This document shows positions 39,068-48,834 of a stretch of 64,000 nucleotides of DNA, in pieces. Position 1 is the first letter of the stretch; each line of letters begins with the position of its first letter. Source of the stretch: an uncultured virus (IMG/VR IMGVR_UViG_3300034106_004022) (taxonomy: Duplodnaviria > Heunggongvirae > Uroviricota > Caudoviricetes); the IMG/VR virus record IMGVR_UViG_3300034106_004022, positions 62,001-126,000 of that record; one strand, 5' to 3'. Below the pieces are notes generated by a model. The model did not search any database. It was not told where the DNA came from and saw nothing but the letters and a program-made list of their open reading frames with translations. The position numbers and the translations under genes are program-made.

Positions 39068-39951
39068 TGAAAAAAAAGACATTAGTATGTATCCATATAA
39101 TGCCATCTGAAATAGAAATGTTTCAAAGGTTTATGGAACAATATAGAAAAGCATTATCGTATTGTAGAGAATATGATGTTACTATAAAAGCAACTTTGAA
39201 TTTAAACCCAAAACTTACGGATTGGGAAAATAGTGAGTTAAAGCAAGATTACTTTATGAATATCTTCAATGCTCAGTTTCAATATAAAGAATTGAAAAAT
39301 ATAAATCAAATTATATTAGATGAATCTATGTGGGGTACAACTCAACAAAAGAGAGAATCTATTAAAATTGATTACTTTGACCAATTTATATTTTGTGATA
39401 CGGATATTGTGATGCATGAACATCAGTTAATATACCAATTACAAGCAGCAGAAAGATTGGAGGGTATGTATATACTTTCACCATCAATTCCAAAGTGGTG
39501 GGATATGAGTTGGGATGGTTTAGTAAGTGATTCAATGAAAAATGCCGAAGCATTTAGTGAAGAAACTATGTTAGGTGCATTTACACAAACTCCAACTAAT
39601 ATGCAACTTAAGAAGTTACCATATATTAAATTTGGATGTGGTATGCATACTCTATATTCTAAATCATTTTGGCAGTTTGTTGGAATACCTGAATCATTTG
39701 GTGGTTATGGACCCGAAGATACTTATGGTATGACAGCTGGTAGAATAGCATTAGAAGCTGGTTATGTAGTGAATCAATACGTTTTAGATGGATTATACAT
39801 TACAGAAGATTATATAAATAGAGTTCCATCATTTGATGGTAAAATTAAAACTATTGACAAAAAATCTGAATTTTACAAAAACGCAGAAGCAATTGGTAGA
39901 GATGAATTGGTGGCATTTGTAGAAAGATTAAAACAAAAAAGTATCACTTAA
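39067..39951 (+). CDS. GT-A-like glycosyltransferase
   Basis: FCDTDI, FGGYGPEDT. Confidence 0.65.
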   Translation: MKKKTLVCIHIMPSEIEMFQRFMEQYRKALSYCREYDVTIKATLNLNPKLTDWENSELKQDYFMNIFNAQFQYKELKNINQIILDESMWGTTQQKRESIKIDYFDQFIFCDTDIVMHEHQLIYQLQAAERLEGMYILSPSIPKWWDMSWDGLVSDSMKNAEAFSEETMLGAFTQTPTNMQLKKLPYIKFGCGMHTLYSKSFWQFVGIPESFGGYGPEDTYGMTAGRIALEAGYVVNQYVLDGLYITEDYINRVPSFDGKIKTIDKKSEFYKNAEAIGRDELVAFVERLKQKSIT

Positions 39952-40022
39952 TCATTAATTTGATATTTATACCAAATACGTTTCAGAATTGGTTACATTA
40001 AATCTAATTAAGAAACAAAATT

Positions 40023-40256
40023 ATGGGATTTATCAAAGACATGTTTAAAGACAGTAACGAAATTAACGAAAAAAATGTAGTAGGATTTGCATCATTCGCA
40101 GTAATGGTAATATTCGCATTAGCTGATATCGTAACTGGATTTTTAGGAAAAGACTTAATGGTTCAAGAATTCATTTATAATTCATTCGTAATAATTACGT
40201 TGGGTTCATTTGGAATCGATGGATTACAAAAGTTTGCTGGAAAGAGAGAAGAGTAA
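40023..40256 (+). CDS. small two-TM membrane protein (holin-like)
   Basis: two hydrophobic helices; preceded by ATATTTATA, followed by terminator. Confidence 0.55.
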   Translation: MGFIKDMFKDSNEINEKNVVGFASFAVMVIFALADIVTGFLGKDLMVQEFIYNSFVIITLGSFGIDGLQKFAGKREE

Positions 40257-40262
40257 TAACAT

Positions 40263-40290
40263 AAAGCCTCCCAATTGGGGGGCTTTTATT
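40263..40290 (+). terminator. intrinsic terminator
   Basis: aaagcctccc-aatt-ggggggcttt-tatt. Confidence 0.85.
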
Positions 40291-40344
40291 GTTAAATAAA
40301 AATATCTTTATATTTATTGTAAATGATATAAAAAGGATTAAAGT

Positions 40345-40905
40345 ATGAAATCAGTTGAAAAATACATTGTAGAGAATTATGGGAAAAGAACCGCATCAAA
40401 ATTAATGAGTGAGGGTATTCCTAAATTATTTCTAAAAATTGAAGCAGTTAAGAAACAAATAGAAAAATTAACTGCAGAAAGAAAACAAAAATTTGGTGGA
40501 GCATATGCTGCTAAAGTTAATAGTGAAACGGATGTAAATAAAAGAAATACATTGGTTAAACCAATTTTAGACATCACCAAAAAAATAAATGCACTACACA
40601 AAAATCTTATCGATTTGTATGATATGGAGGAAAGATACATAAAGGATTTAGGTAAAGATGATGAATTGGTAGTTTCCGAAGATACGGATTTAGGTCATCA
40701 GGATGATGAACCGGGTATGTTAAGAGCTGATTTAAGTATTATCGAAAGATATGCTGAAGAATTAGGTGAGATGTTGGCTCAGTTTGATAGTACTGGTGAA
40801 GAAGTTGATTTTCCACATTGGTGGCAAGCTAAGATAGTTAATGCTAAAGAAGATATGATTGCGGCTAAACACTACTTAAGGTCAGAATTAGAAAAAAATA
40901 ATTAA
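40345..40905 (+). CDS. putative internal virion protein
   Basis: modules separated by [IV]xE sites; DLGHQDDEPGM...WWQAKI module. Confidence 0.5.
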   Translation: MKSVEKYIVENYGKRTASKLMSEGIPKLFLKIEAVKKQIEKLTAERKQKFGGAYAAKVNSETDVNKRNTLVKPILDITKKINALHKNLIDLYDMEERYIKDLGKDDELVVSEDTDLGHQDDEPGMLRADLSIIERYAEELGEMLAQFDSTGEEVDFPHWWQAKIVNAKEDMIAAKHYLRSELEKNN

Positions 40906-40917
40906 AAATAACTAACA

Positions 40918-41235
40918 ATGCAATCAGAATCAATTTACGCAGTAATAATAACACTAATAACAGTATTAGGTTCAGCTGGAGCTTGGAGGTTTTATGAGAA
41001 AAAAGCCGAAAGACAGGAAAAGGAAGATGAATTTATTAAACATGATTGCTCTAAGAGAATTGATAGATTGGAACAATTGTTAGAAAGAAGTAGTCAAGAA
41101 AAAGATGAACTTAGGGATAAGATACTAAATCTTACTAGAGATTTGGCAGAATTAACTATTAAAGTTCAATATCTTGAAATGGAAAATAAAAAATTGTTAG
41201 AATTAAATACTCAATTTCTGAAACAAAGCTCCTAA
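40918..41235 (+). CDS. membrane-anchored coiled-coil protein
   Basis: N-terminal TM ending LGSAGAW, followed by heptads. Confidence 0.6.
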   Translation: MQSESIYAVIITLITVLGSAGAWRFYEKKAERQEKEDEFIKHDCSKRIDRLEQLLERSSQEKDELRDKILNLTRDLAELTIKVQYLEMENKKLLELNTQFLKQSS

Positions 41236-41239
41236 TTTA

Positions 41240-41271
41240 TTAGGATATATCAGAAAAAAATTGTATATTTG
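41240..41271 (+). promoter_or_regulatory. Bacteroidetes-type promoter
   Basis: TTAG-N20-TATATTTG. Confidence 0.65.
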
Positions 41272-41296
41272 TATGTTAACAATCAAACAAGAAAAT

Positions 41297-41827
41297 ATGA
41301 TAGCAAGGAGTTTATTAGTGGAATCTAAGAAGTTAAGAATATTTGATTTTGATGATACATTAGTAAAAACAACATCATTTATATACATAACGCATTCTAA
41401 TGGAAAAAAATCAAAATTAACTCCAGGTCAATACGCTGTTTATAATGAAAAACCTGGTGATGAATTTGATTTTTCTGATTTTCAAAAAGTTCAGAATCCT
41501 CAAGAAATAAAAAAGATTACGAATGTACTTCGTAGAGTAATGGGTAGTAGTGGTGGAGATGGTGTTTACATCCTAACTGCAAGAGCAGCATATCAACCTA
41601 TTAAACAATATCTAAAGGATATTGGTATTAATTCTAATAAAATATTTGTAGTTGCATTAGCATCTAACAACCCGAAAGATAAAGCAGATTGGATAGAAGA
41701 TAAAATCGATAACGAAGGTTATGATGATGTTTACTTTGCGGATGATTCTGAAAAGAATGTAGAGGCAACCAAAGCAATGTTAAGAGGTAAGGATGTTAGA
41801 TGGAGAGTACAACATATAAAACATTAA
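41297..41827 (+). CDS. HAD-superfamily phosphatase
   Basis: IFDFDDTLV, ILTAR, FADDSEKN; start corrected to 41297. Confidence 0.8.
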   Translation: MIARSLLVESKKLRIFDFDDTLVKTTSFIYITHSNGKKSKLTPGQYAVYNEKPGDEFDFSDFQKVQNPQEIKKITNVLRRVMGSSGGDGVYILTARAAYQPIKQYLKDIGINSNKIFVVALASNNPKDKADWIEDKIDNEGYDDVYFADDSEKNVEATKAMLRGKDVRWRVQHIKH

Positions 41828-41861
41828 AAAGATATATTTATAAGAATAACAAAGTACAACT

Positions 41862-42143
41862 ATGAAATTAAACTTTAAACTAAAAGGTAATACATATTCA
41901 GCTGAATTTGGTGTACATCCCAACATTAAAGATGGTGGGATTGCTTGTATTGCAAAAACTTCAAAAGATTTGGATGTTTTACAAAATATAATATCTGATT
42001 CAAATGAAGCATTAGTTATTCCAAAGGCATTACAAAGTTATTTGGAATCAAAATTAAAATTACCAATTGATATTGATTTTGATTATAAAGGTGCTGGATA
42101 TGGGTTTAAAATAGATATGTACAGCTTATTAAAGAAATTATAG
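41862..42143 (+). CDS. hypothetical protein
   Basis: ORF after ATATTTATA. Confidence 0.6.
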   Translation: MKLNFKLKGNTYSAEFGVHPNIKDGGIACIAKTSKDLDVLQNIISDSNEALVIPKALQSYLESKLKLPIDIDFDYKGAGYGFKIDMYSLLKKL

Positions 42144-42149
42144 AAGATT

Positions 42150-43337
42150 ATGAAAAAATCAATAAAAGAGGGTTCGATGAGTGATGTAGATTTGATGGCT
42201 AAAGAGGCATCATCATTTAAAGAATTCGTTAAGGAATTTTACAAAGAATTCAAAGACTTCCCTAAAAATAGAGATGCGATGAAATGGTTGGAAGATACCT
42301 ATAAATCAGTTAGTGAAGGTACTGAATCTGATGAATTGGAAAGAGTGGCAGATGCACTTCCTCAAACTGTTGAAGAAATGATTAATGAAATTTCTTTATC
42401 ATCAGCTGGTGTTAGAGATTTTTTAAGAGCGTTGTATCGTAATAACAAAATACTAAAGAAATTAGGATTTTCTAATTTTAAAGGTGCAGTTGATTATATT
42501 AGAAGTAATGGTGGTCGTGATTGGGATGAGTTAAGAGATGAGGCTACTGGATTTGGATTGAAATTTGAATCAATAAACGAAGAAAAACCTGGTCTTTGGG
42601 CAAACATCCGAGCTAAAAGAGCGAGAGGTGAGAAACCTGCACATGGTAATTCTGATGCACATAAAGATGCAGTTAAAGCTGGTAAGAAAATAAATAACGA
42701 AGACCATAGCGGAGACCCATCCGATAAATACGTTGTAAAACCTTGTAAAGACCCAATTGAAAAATGGGCTGTATGGGAAGGTGATATTAGAGTAAAGGGA
42801 TTTGAAACACAACCTGAAGCTCAAGCATTCGCTGATATGAAAAACAAAGAGCAAGGGTTAACTGAAGTAGGTGATGTAATTGATACAATCACTATGGATA
42901 TACCATTGTTTATTAGAACATTGGAATTTGCAAGAGAAGATGCTAAAACTGATATGGATTTGCATGATTTTGCTGAAAGAGCTATTAAGCTTACAAAGGA
43001 AAAGGGTACAATCGATATGAGTTCATATAATGAATTGATTGGTGGTAGTTCTGTAAATGAAGGAGCCGGATGTGGTTGTGGTTGTGGGTGTGGTGGTTCT
43101 AAGTTAACAGAAAACACCGAACCAACTATTATAACCCAATTAAAGGATATAGTTAAGACTAGTTCAAATAAAGTTTTAGTAGACCCAAAGAGTGGTAAAA
43201 AAGTAAGAGTTGATTTGTACTCAGCATCAGCAATAACTAAAGTATATGATGCACTTAAGCAACAATCAAACAAAGATAAATTCGTAAGTACTGGATTAAT
43301 GGGTATGCAATCAATGGCATTTAAATTATTAAAGTAA
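42150..43337 (+). CDS. mosaic putative internal virion protein
   Basis: modules bounded by IKE/INE/LTE/VNE; GLWANIRAKR; (CG)4. Confidence 0.55.
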   Translation: MKKSIKEGSMSDVDLMAKEASSFKEFVKEFYKEFKDFPKNRDAMKWLEDTYKSVSEGTESDELERVADALPQTVEEMINEISLSSAGVRDFLRALYRNNKILKKLGFSNFKGAVDYIRSNGGRDWDELRDEATGFGLKFESINEEKPGLWANIRAKRARGEKPAHGNSDAHKDAVKAGKKINNEDHSGDPSDKYVVKPCKDPIEKWAVWEGDIRVKGFETQPEAQAFADMKNKEQGLTEVGDVIDTITMDIPLFIRTLEFAREDAKTDMDLHDFAERAIKLTKEKGTIDMSSYNELIGGSSVNEGAGCGCGCGCGGSKLTENTEPTIITQLKDIVKTSSNKVLVDPKSGKKVRVDLYSASAITKVYDALKQQSNKDKFVSTGLMGMQSMAFKLLK

Positions 43338-43861
43338 TGAGCTCATCTAAATTAAAAACCATATTATCGGAAATAGAATGGAAGGGTATGAAAGTTGAGC
43401 TTGGAAAAGTTTATACATTTAAAGATATTCCACCATTCAAAACTCCACAACAAATCAGAGAAGAGGAAGAAGTAGTAACTCAACCTGATAATGATAGAGA
43501 AATGGTAGTTGGTGTAGCTGAAATTGTTTCTATGGTAAGTGATACCGAAAATAGAAAAGAGATAGCTGCTAAAATGATGAAAAAGTTTGATTATGAAAAT
43601 GTAAAATATAATCCAACTGAATTTTTAAAACTAAGTGGAGTTACTGAAAGTATAGATGAGTTAGTTCAAATGTCAATACAAAATGTGGCAACTGATTTAA
43701 TTCCAAGAGATATAGTTAATGTAGTAACACCAGAATCTAAAGAAAGATATACATCATTTGTAAGAGATTTGGTGAGTACATTAAATATGTTTTATAAGAA
43801 ACATGGGGTGGATAGAAGATTTACCGATAGTAATTTCAAATATACAAAATTTTCAAAATAA
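43337..43861 (+). CDS. putative virion protein
   Basis: N-terminal KLKTILSE motif. Confidence 0.5.
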   Translation: MSSSKLKTILSEIEWKGMKVELGKVYTFKDIPPFKTPQQIREEEEVVTQPDNDREMVVGVAEIVSMVSDTENRKEIAAKMMKKFDYENVKYNPTEFLKLSGVTESIDELVQMSIQNVATDLIPRDIVNVVTPESKERYTSFVRDLVSTLNMFYKKHGVDRRFTDSNFKYTKFSK

Positions 43862-43862
43862 T

Positions 43863-44138
43863 ATGATACGATTAAGTAAATTAATAAACGAAGCATCTGT
43901 TGTTGAATTAAGTGAATTAACTCCAATTCAACAAAAGCAAATTAAAGCATTCGAATCAATAATCGGTGGAAAGGCCGAAATGATTTGGGATGGTATACAT
44001 GGTTTTGTAGTTGCTATAAAATTACAAAATTATCATGGTGCATATCGATTTGATGTAGATACTATGAAAAAATTAATAGCAGCAAAAGTTCGTTGGGTTG
44101 AAGAAGATTTGGGTAAACGAGTTAGTATAGGATTTTAA
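43863..44138 (+). CDS. putative virion protein
   Basis: start corrected to 43863; begins MIRLSKLINE. Confidence 0.55.
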   Translation: MIRLSKLINEASVVELSELTPIQQKQIKAFESIIGGKAEMIWDGIHGFVVAIKLQNYHGAYRFDVDTMKKLIAAKVRWVEEDLGKRVSIGF

Positions 44139-44153
44139 TAACAAAATATAATT

Positions 44154-45134
44154 ATGATACAATTAAAACAATTGATAAATGAGGCTAGTGATTTCACTGC
44201 TAAGAGTAAGGAAAGTGGAAAGTTAGTACACTTCAAATCAAAAGATTCTTATGATAAAGCTATTAAGGCTGGTTCACATGAGGACCCAACTGCAAAAACA
44301 TCAAAGGGTGGTGATGCTAAGTCTGGTGTGAATATCTTTAATACACCATCTAAAGATGAACCAAAATCGGATACACCCAAAGCAACTCCTGCTAGTTTAG
44401 CTGTTGATAAAGTTGTTTATAATACGAGAACTAAATCAGTTGGTATTGTAAGAATGGCAGATGAAAGAGGTGAAACAAAAACCGATGCAGATGGTAATGT
44501 AAATACATCTGAATTAGAACCATATAACCCAACAAAGTATCCACATCAAAAAGATGCTAAAGTTGCACCATCTACTCAAAAAGAGGTAGATAGTAGAGGT
44601 TTATGGAATCCATTTGCACCTGATAGTGATGAACCAAAAGCAGCTGAACCAAAAGCACCAAGAAAAGGTGACCCAACGGTAAATAAAGAAGTTAGAAAGA
44701 TAGCTCAAAAGATGGGAATTTCATCTGATAAGATGGATAAAACTGAGTATCAAAAGAAAATGGCTCAAGCAGCAGTTGCGGCACTTACTGATTCAAACTT
44801 CCATAGTGAAGCAAGAGAGTTAGTAGCAGCATTAGAAGGGAAACCTGAATTAGCAGAGAAGCCAGATTACCCCAACCCATCAGACCCTAAGTTCAGAGAA
44901 AAGATGGATGTAATCAGAGCTAAATATGATTCAGTATATAGTTCACCTGATGATGATGCACAAGATTTGGGGGTAGCCGCATCACAAGCAGCCGGATGGA
45001 GTGGAGATACCGCAATTGATGGAATTGCATTTGAATTAAGAATGAACGGATTTCATAAATTAGCAGATAAGATACAATCAGTAATTAAAGAAGGTAAAGT
45101 TAATAGAACTTCACTTAAGAACTTAATGAAATGA
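44154..45134 (+). CDS. putative virion protein
   Basis: begins MIQLKQLINE; K/D/P-rich linkers. Confidence 0.55.
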   Translation: MIQLKQLINEASDFTAKSKESGKLVHFKSKDSYDKAIKAGSHEDPTAKTSKGGDAKSGVNIFNTPSKDEPKSDTPKATPASLAVDKVVYNTRTKSVGIVRMADERGETKTDADGNVNTSELEPYNPTKYPHQKDAKVAPSTQKEVDSRGLWNPFAPDSDEPKAAEPKAPRKGDPTVNKEVRKIAQKMGISSDKMDKTEYQKKMAQAAVAALTDSNFHSEARELVAALEGKPELAEKPDYPNPSDPKFREKMDVIRAKYDSVYSSPDDDAQDLGVAASQAAGWSGDTAIDGIAFELRMNGFHKLADKIQSVIKEGKVNRTSLKNLMK

Positions 45135-45985
45135 TAAAATTAAATCAGTTAACTGAAAATAAAAACACCCAACCCAACTTAAATGAGGGGTTGGGTGATG
45201 CTATTTCTAAGATTAGGAATTTAGCAATAAGGATAGCTGATAAGAAAGCTGGAAATGCGGTAAAGCATCTTAACTTAGATAAAATTAGTAAAGATAAACC
45301 GGATACAAAGGCAGCAATGAATAAAGCTCAATCGGTTTTTTCAAAGCAAACTGGAATGAATGAGGATTTACGAAGTACAATTAATAAATTTTCAGTTAAT
45401 GTAGGAAGTAAATCAGCATTGGGAGCAATTATATCAGCTGTATTAACTGCTGGTAGTTGGACTCAATACGCAACAGCATCATTTTCACAATGGTATTATT
45501 CTGAAATCCAAAGATTAGCAGAACCTGAGGTAATGAAAATAATGGAAGATGTATATGGTGCACAAGCAGCTGAAGGTTCTTTATGGGCTAAGTTGGGAAT
45601 GTACGCATTTTTTATATTTTTTATAATTGCAGTTGTAATGTTTGTATCTGCTAAAATAACACAAAATAGAAAAACCGAAAATACGATGATAAAATTAACT
45701 GATTTGATGTCAGAATCAAACGAAACTTATTTCAAATCATTTACCGATGCGGCATCAGCTGCTAAAGCATACGCTATGAAAAAAGGGTATGAAATTGATG
45801 AGAATGATTGGCAAACACAAATAGCAATGGGAGGTAAGTATTCTCGTTCAAGACCATCTATTGGTAAGACTAATTCATTTACTGTTGGATTATTGAGAAA
45901 TGGTAAACCCCAAAGAAAGGCACTACATATTTCAGTATATGGTATGGCTAGTGGAAACTTTGAATTAACTAATTATATTAATTGA
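45131..45985 (+). CDS. putative virion/membrane protein (two-part fusion)
   Basis: MIKLNQLTE, two TM segments, internal MIKLTDLMSE. Confidence 0.55.
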   Translation: MIKLNQLTENKNTQPNLNEGLGDAISKIRNLAIRIADKKAGNAVKHLNLDKISKDKPDTKAAMNKAQSVFSKQTGMNEDLRSTINKFSVNVGSKSALGAIISAVLTAGSWTQYATASFSQWYYSEIQRLAEPEVMKIMEDVYGAQAAEGSLWAKLGMYAFFIFFIIAVVMFVSAKITQNRKTENTMIKLTDLMSESNETYFKSFTDAASAAKAYAMKKGYEIDENDWQTQIAMGGKYSRSRPSIGKTNSFTVGLLRNGKPQRKALHISVYGMASGNFELTNYIN

Positions 45986-45989
45986 TATA

Positions 45990-46256
45990 ATGAGTAAAGA
46001 AAAATCTTTGGTTACAGTTTATGTTAAAAATGGTGATATAAATAAAGCTCTTAAGATATTCAAAAACAAAACATTTGAATCAGGTCATCTTTTGGAGTTG
46101 AGAGATAGGAAGGAATTTACTAAACCAACTACTAAAAGGAGAAAGCAAATGAAAGATGCTATTCGTAGGCAAGAATTATTAACTATATTGGATAAAATAT
46201 CCAATGGAGATACAACAATAAAGGTTCCGGAAAAGAAAGTTAAAAATAAAAAGTAA
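45990..46256 (+). CDS. rpsU: phage-encoded ribosomal protein bS21
   Basis: VYVKNGDINKALKIFK...ELRDRKEFTKPTTKRR matches the bS21 pattern. Confidence 0.85.
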   Translation: MSKEKSLVTVYVKNGDINKALKIFKNKTFESGHLLELRDRKEFTKPTTKRRKQMKDAIRRQELLTILDKISNGDTTIKVPEKKVKNKK

Positions 46257-46283
46257 TATCTCAAAAAGAGAATATTTATAGAT

Positions 46284-48794
46284 ATGGCAGCAAGTATAAA
46301 AATATCAGATTTAAGTCAGTTAGTATCAGGTTCCATAGTTGGTACAACTAAGATACCAGTTGTGGATGGTGGGACAACGTTATATGCACAGGCATCATCT
46401 ATAAAAGCATACGTTAGTTCGGATTTAGCAACGGATGCTGAATTAGCATCGCAAATATCAGCGGTTAACTCCACCATTAGTGGATTAACAACTGCTAATA
46501 TCTCTGAGAACGCATCTTATAAATATTATACCGATGCTAGGGTAACTGATAGATTAAACGTACTTAATGTATTATCTGGTTCATCTACTTCATTGATTGT
46601 TTCTGATGGAAGTACAAACGTAACTGCTGTTGATAAAATTACATTTAATAATGCAACTGTTTTCAATGCTGGTAGTGGTGATGTGACTGTAACTGTACCA
46701 TCTTCATTAACTGTTGGTAATGGTTCAGGAATACCTATTAGTAGTGTTGATACTATTACATTTCCAGGCGCAACAATTGCTGATAACACTAATGGTGATA
46801 TAACTGTTACTATATCAGGTACAGCTACGAATATATCTGCATTAAATTCATTCACATCATCAGCAAATTCATCTATTAATTCAATTAATTCAACTACTGG
46901 TTCTATTAATTTAACTACTGGTTCTATTAATTCATTTACTGGTTCTATTAGAGGTGAGGTTAATAGTATTGAAGCATATACTTCATCATTAAAAGCAGCA
47001 TCTATTGTATCATCATCACAACAAATAACTAATTTAGGTTTTTTAAGTAGTTCATTTGGTCTAATATCATCATCACAACAAATAAGTGATTTTGGGTTTA
47101 TAAGCGCATCTGGTGGTACAACAATTCCTCAGGGGACTGTTTCTGGTTCTCAACAAATAGTTGGTTTAGGATTTGTAACTACAAGTTCATTAGCAACTGG
47201 GCCAAATTTCCATATAATATCACAATCTATAATAGCTACTGACCCTATTGATTCTAATTTATTATTATCATCGGTATATGTAGATAAAACCAGAACAATA
47301 ACATTTTCACAATTTTCAGCATCGTTAGATTCTAGGTTTGGAGCTGGTGGTGGTTCTGATTATATTTCAAATGTTACATTTGGTAATAATAGATTAACAT
47401 TTACTGGGGTTGGTTCAGCATTTAATGATTTTGTTCAATTTCCAAATGGATTGGTATCATCATCCGCACAATTAAATGGATTTGGATTCCTTACATCAAC
47501 AGATGTTAATTCAACATACATAGTTAATAGATTACCAAGCGGAGTTATTAGTGGTTCAACTCAAATAACTAATTTAGGATTTGCAACAACATCATCTTTG
47601 ATTGGTAATGGGTTTATATCATCATCCGCACAAATTACATTAACAAATTCTAACACTGGTGGATTTGATACATCCTATGTTGCTGAAAATGTAAATTATA
47701 AATATTATACTGATGCTAGAGTTCAAAATGTACTAAATGGATTAACATTAGTATCTGGTTCATTCGGATTACCATCTGGTTCGGTTAGTTCATCATCTCA
47801 AATAGATTACCAACTAATATATAACAAACCAGTATTCTATACTGGTTCTAATAATGTTTTTATTACATCTGGCTCCTCTGGATATAGTAGTCCTTGGGTT
47901 ATTATTGAGGTACTATCACCTACATTAACTCAATTTTCATCATTAGTATCATCGATTAGTAGTTCATTATTAACTAATGGTATAGTATCATCATCAACAC
48001 AAATATCCAATTTAGGATTTGTGAGTAACGGAAGTTTAGCAGGATTAAATAATTGGACGGGTTCAAGTGGTGGATTTGGGTTAACATCATCATCATTAGC
48101 AAGTAGAATTGTTAATTTATCAAATGTAGTATTAACCGCATCTGCACAAATTGATTATGATTTTATTCAAAATACACCAACATTCGCACCTGGAGATGGT
48201 ATTTTAATATCTCAAAGTTTAGAGAACGCAATTACTATAACAAATAACGCATCGGCACCTACGTGGAATAGTATAACATCAAAACCAAATAATTTGGTAT
48301 CATCATCATTACAAGTAGATGGATATAATTTATTTGCTAAGACTGGTTCTACAAATACATTCTATGGTAATCAAACTGTAAATGGTGAAGTTCAAACTAC
48401 CGATTTAACTGTAACTGGTATTAGTGACTTTCAAGGAGCAGCTACCTTTGCTGGTACATCTACATTTAATAACCCTGTTATTAATGAAATAACAGCCATA
48501 TCAGTAAATGGATTTACGGCATCTTTAGATTTTAGTATAGGTAATTTATTTGAAATAAATTTAGACGGAAATGCTATAACACACATATCAGCTAGTAATA
48601 TATCATTCGGTCAAACTGCAACGGTATTAATTACAACTGCTAATCAATCTACTGCATCATTTAGTTCAAACGTAAGACAACCATTTGGTTCATTCTACAC
48701 CGCATCTTTGGTTGGTAGTATTGATATTATAACACTTACAAAATTCAATTCTACTGATGTTTATGTAACTTCGGTAAAAAATAATTTTGTATAA
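46284..48794 (+). CDS. Ser/Thr/Gly-rich tail fibre / structural protein
   Basis: KISDL N-terminus, many SSS(A/Q/T)QI..LGF repeats, two ENxxYKYYTDARV motifs. Confidence 0.7.
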   Translation: MAASIKISDLSQLVSGSIVGTTKIPVVDGGTTLYAQASSIKAYVSSDLATDAELASQISAVNSTISGLTTANISENASYKYYTDARVTDRLNVLNVLSGSSTSLIVSDGSTNVTAVDKITFNNATVFNAGSGDVTVTVPSSLTVGNGSGIPISSVDTITFPGATIADNTNGDITVTISGTATNISALNSFTSSANSSINSINSTTGSINLTTGSINSFTGSIRGEVNSIEAYTSSLKAASIVSSSQQITNLGFLSSSFGLISSSQQISDFGFISASGGTTIPQGTVSGSQQIVGLGFVTTSSLATGPNFHIISQSIIATDPIDSNLLLSSVYVDKTRTITFSQFSASLDSRFGAGGGSDYISNVTFGNNRLTFTGVGSAFNDFVQFPNGLVSSSAQLNGFGFLTSTDVNSTYIVNRLPSGVISGSTQITNLGFATTSSLIGNGFISSSAQITLTNSNTGGFDTSYVAENVNYKYYTDARVQNVLNGLTLVSGSFGLPSGSVSSSSQIDYQLIYNKPVFYTGSNNVFITSGSSGYSSPWVIIEVLSPTLTQFSSLVSSISSSLLTNGIVSSSTQISNLGFVSNGSLAGLNNWTGSSGGFGLTSSSLASRIVNLSNVVLTASAQIDYDFIQNTPTFAPGDGILISQSLENAITITNNASAPTWNSITSKPNNLVSSSLQVDGYNLFAKTGSTNTFYGNQTVNGEVQTTDLTVTGISDFQGAATFAGTSTFNNPVINEITAISVNGFTASLDFSIGNLFEINLDGNAITHISASNISFGQTATVLITTANQSTASFSSNVRQPFGSFYTASLVGSIDIITLTKFNSTDVYVTSVKNNFV
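46893..46952 (+). repeat. three 21-nt in-frame tandem repeats
   Basis: actggttctatta recurs at a 21-nt period (TTGSIN). Confidence 0.8.
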
Positions 48795-48817
48795 TCCAAA
48801 TTAATTTCGTATATTTG
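48786..48817 (+). promoter_or_regulatory. Bacteroidetes-type promoter
   Basis: TTTG-N20-TATATTTG. Confidence 0.85.
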
Positions 48818-48834
48818 TAAAATAAATAAAAGTT

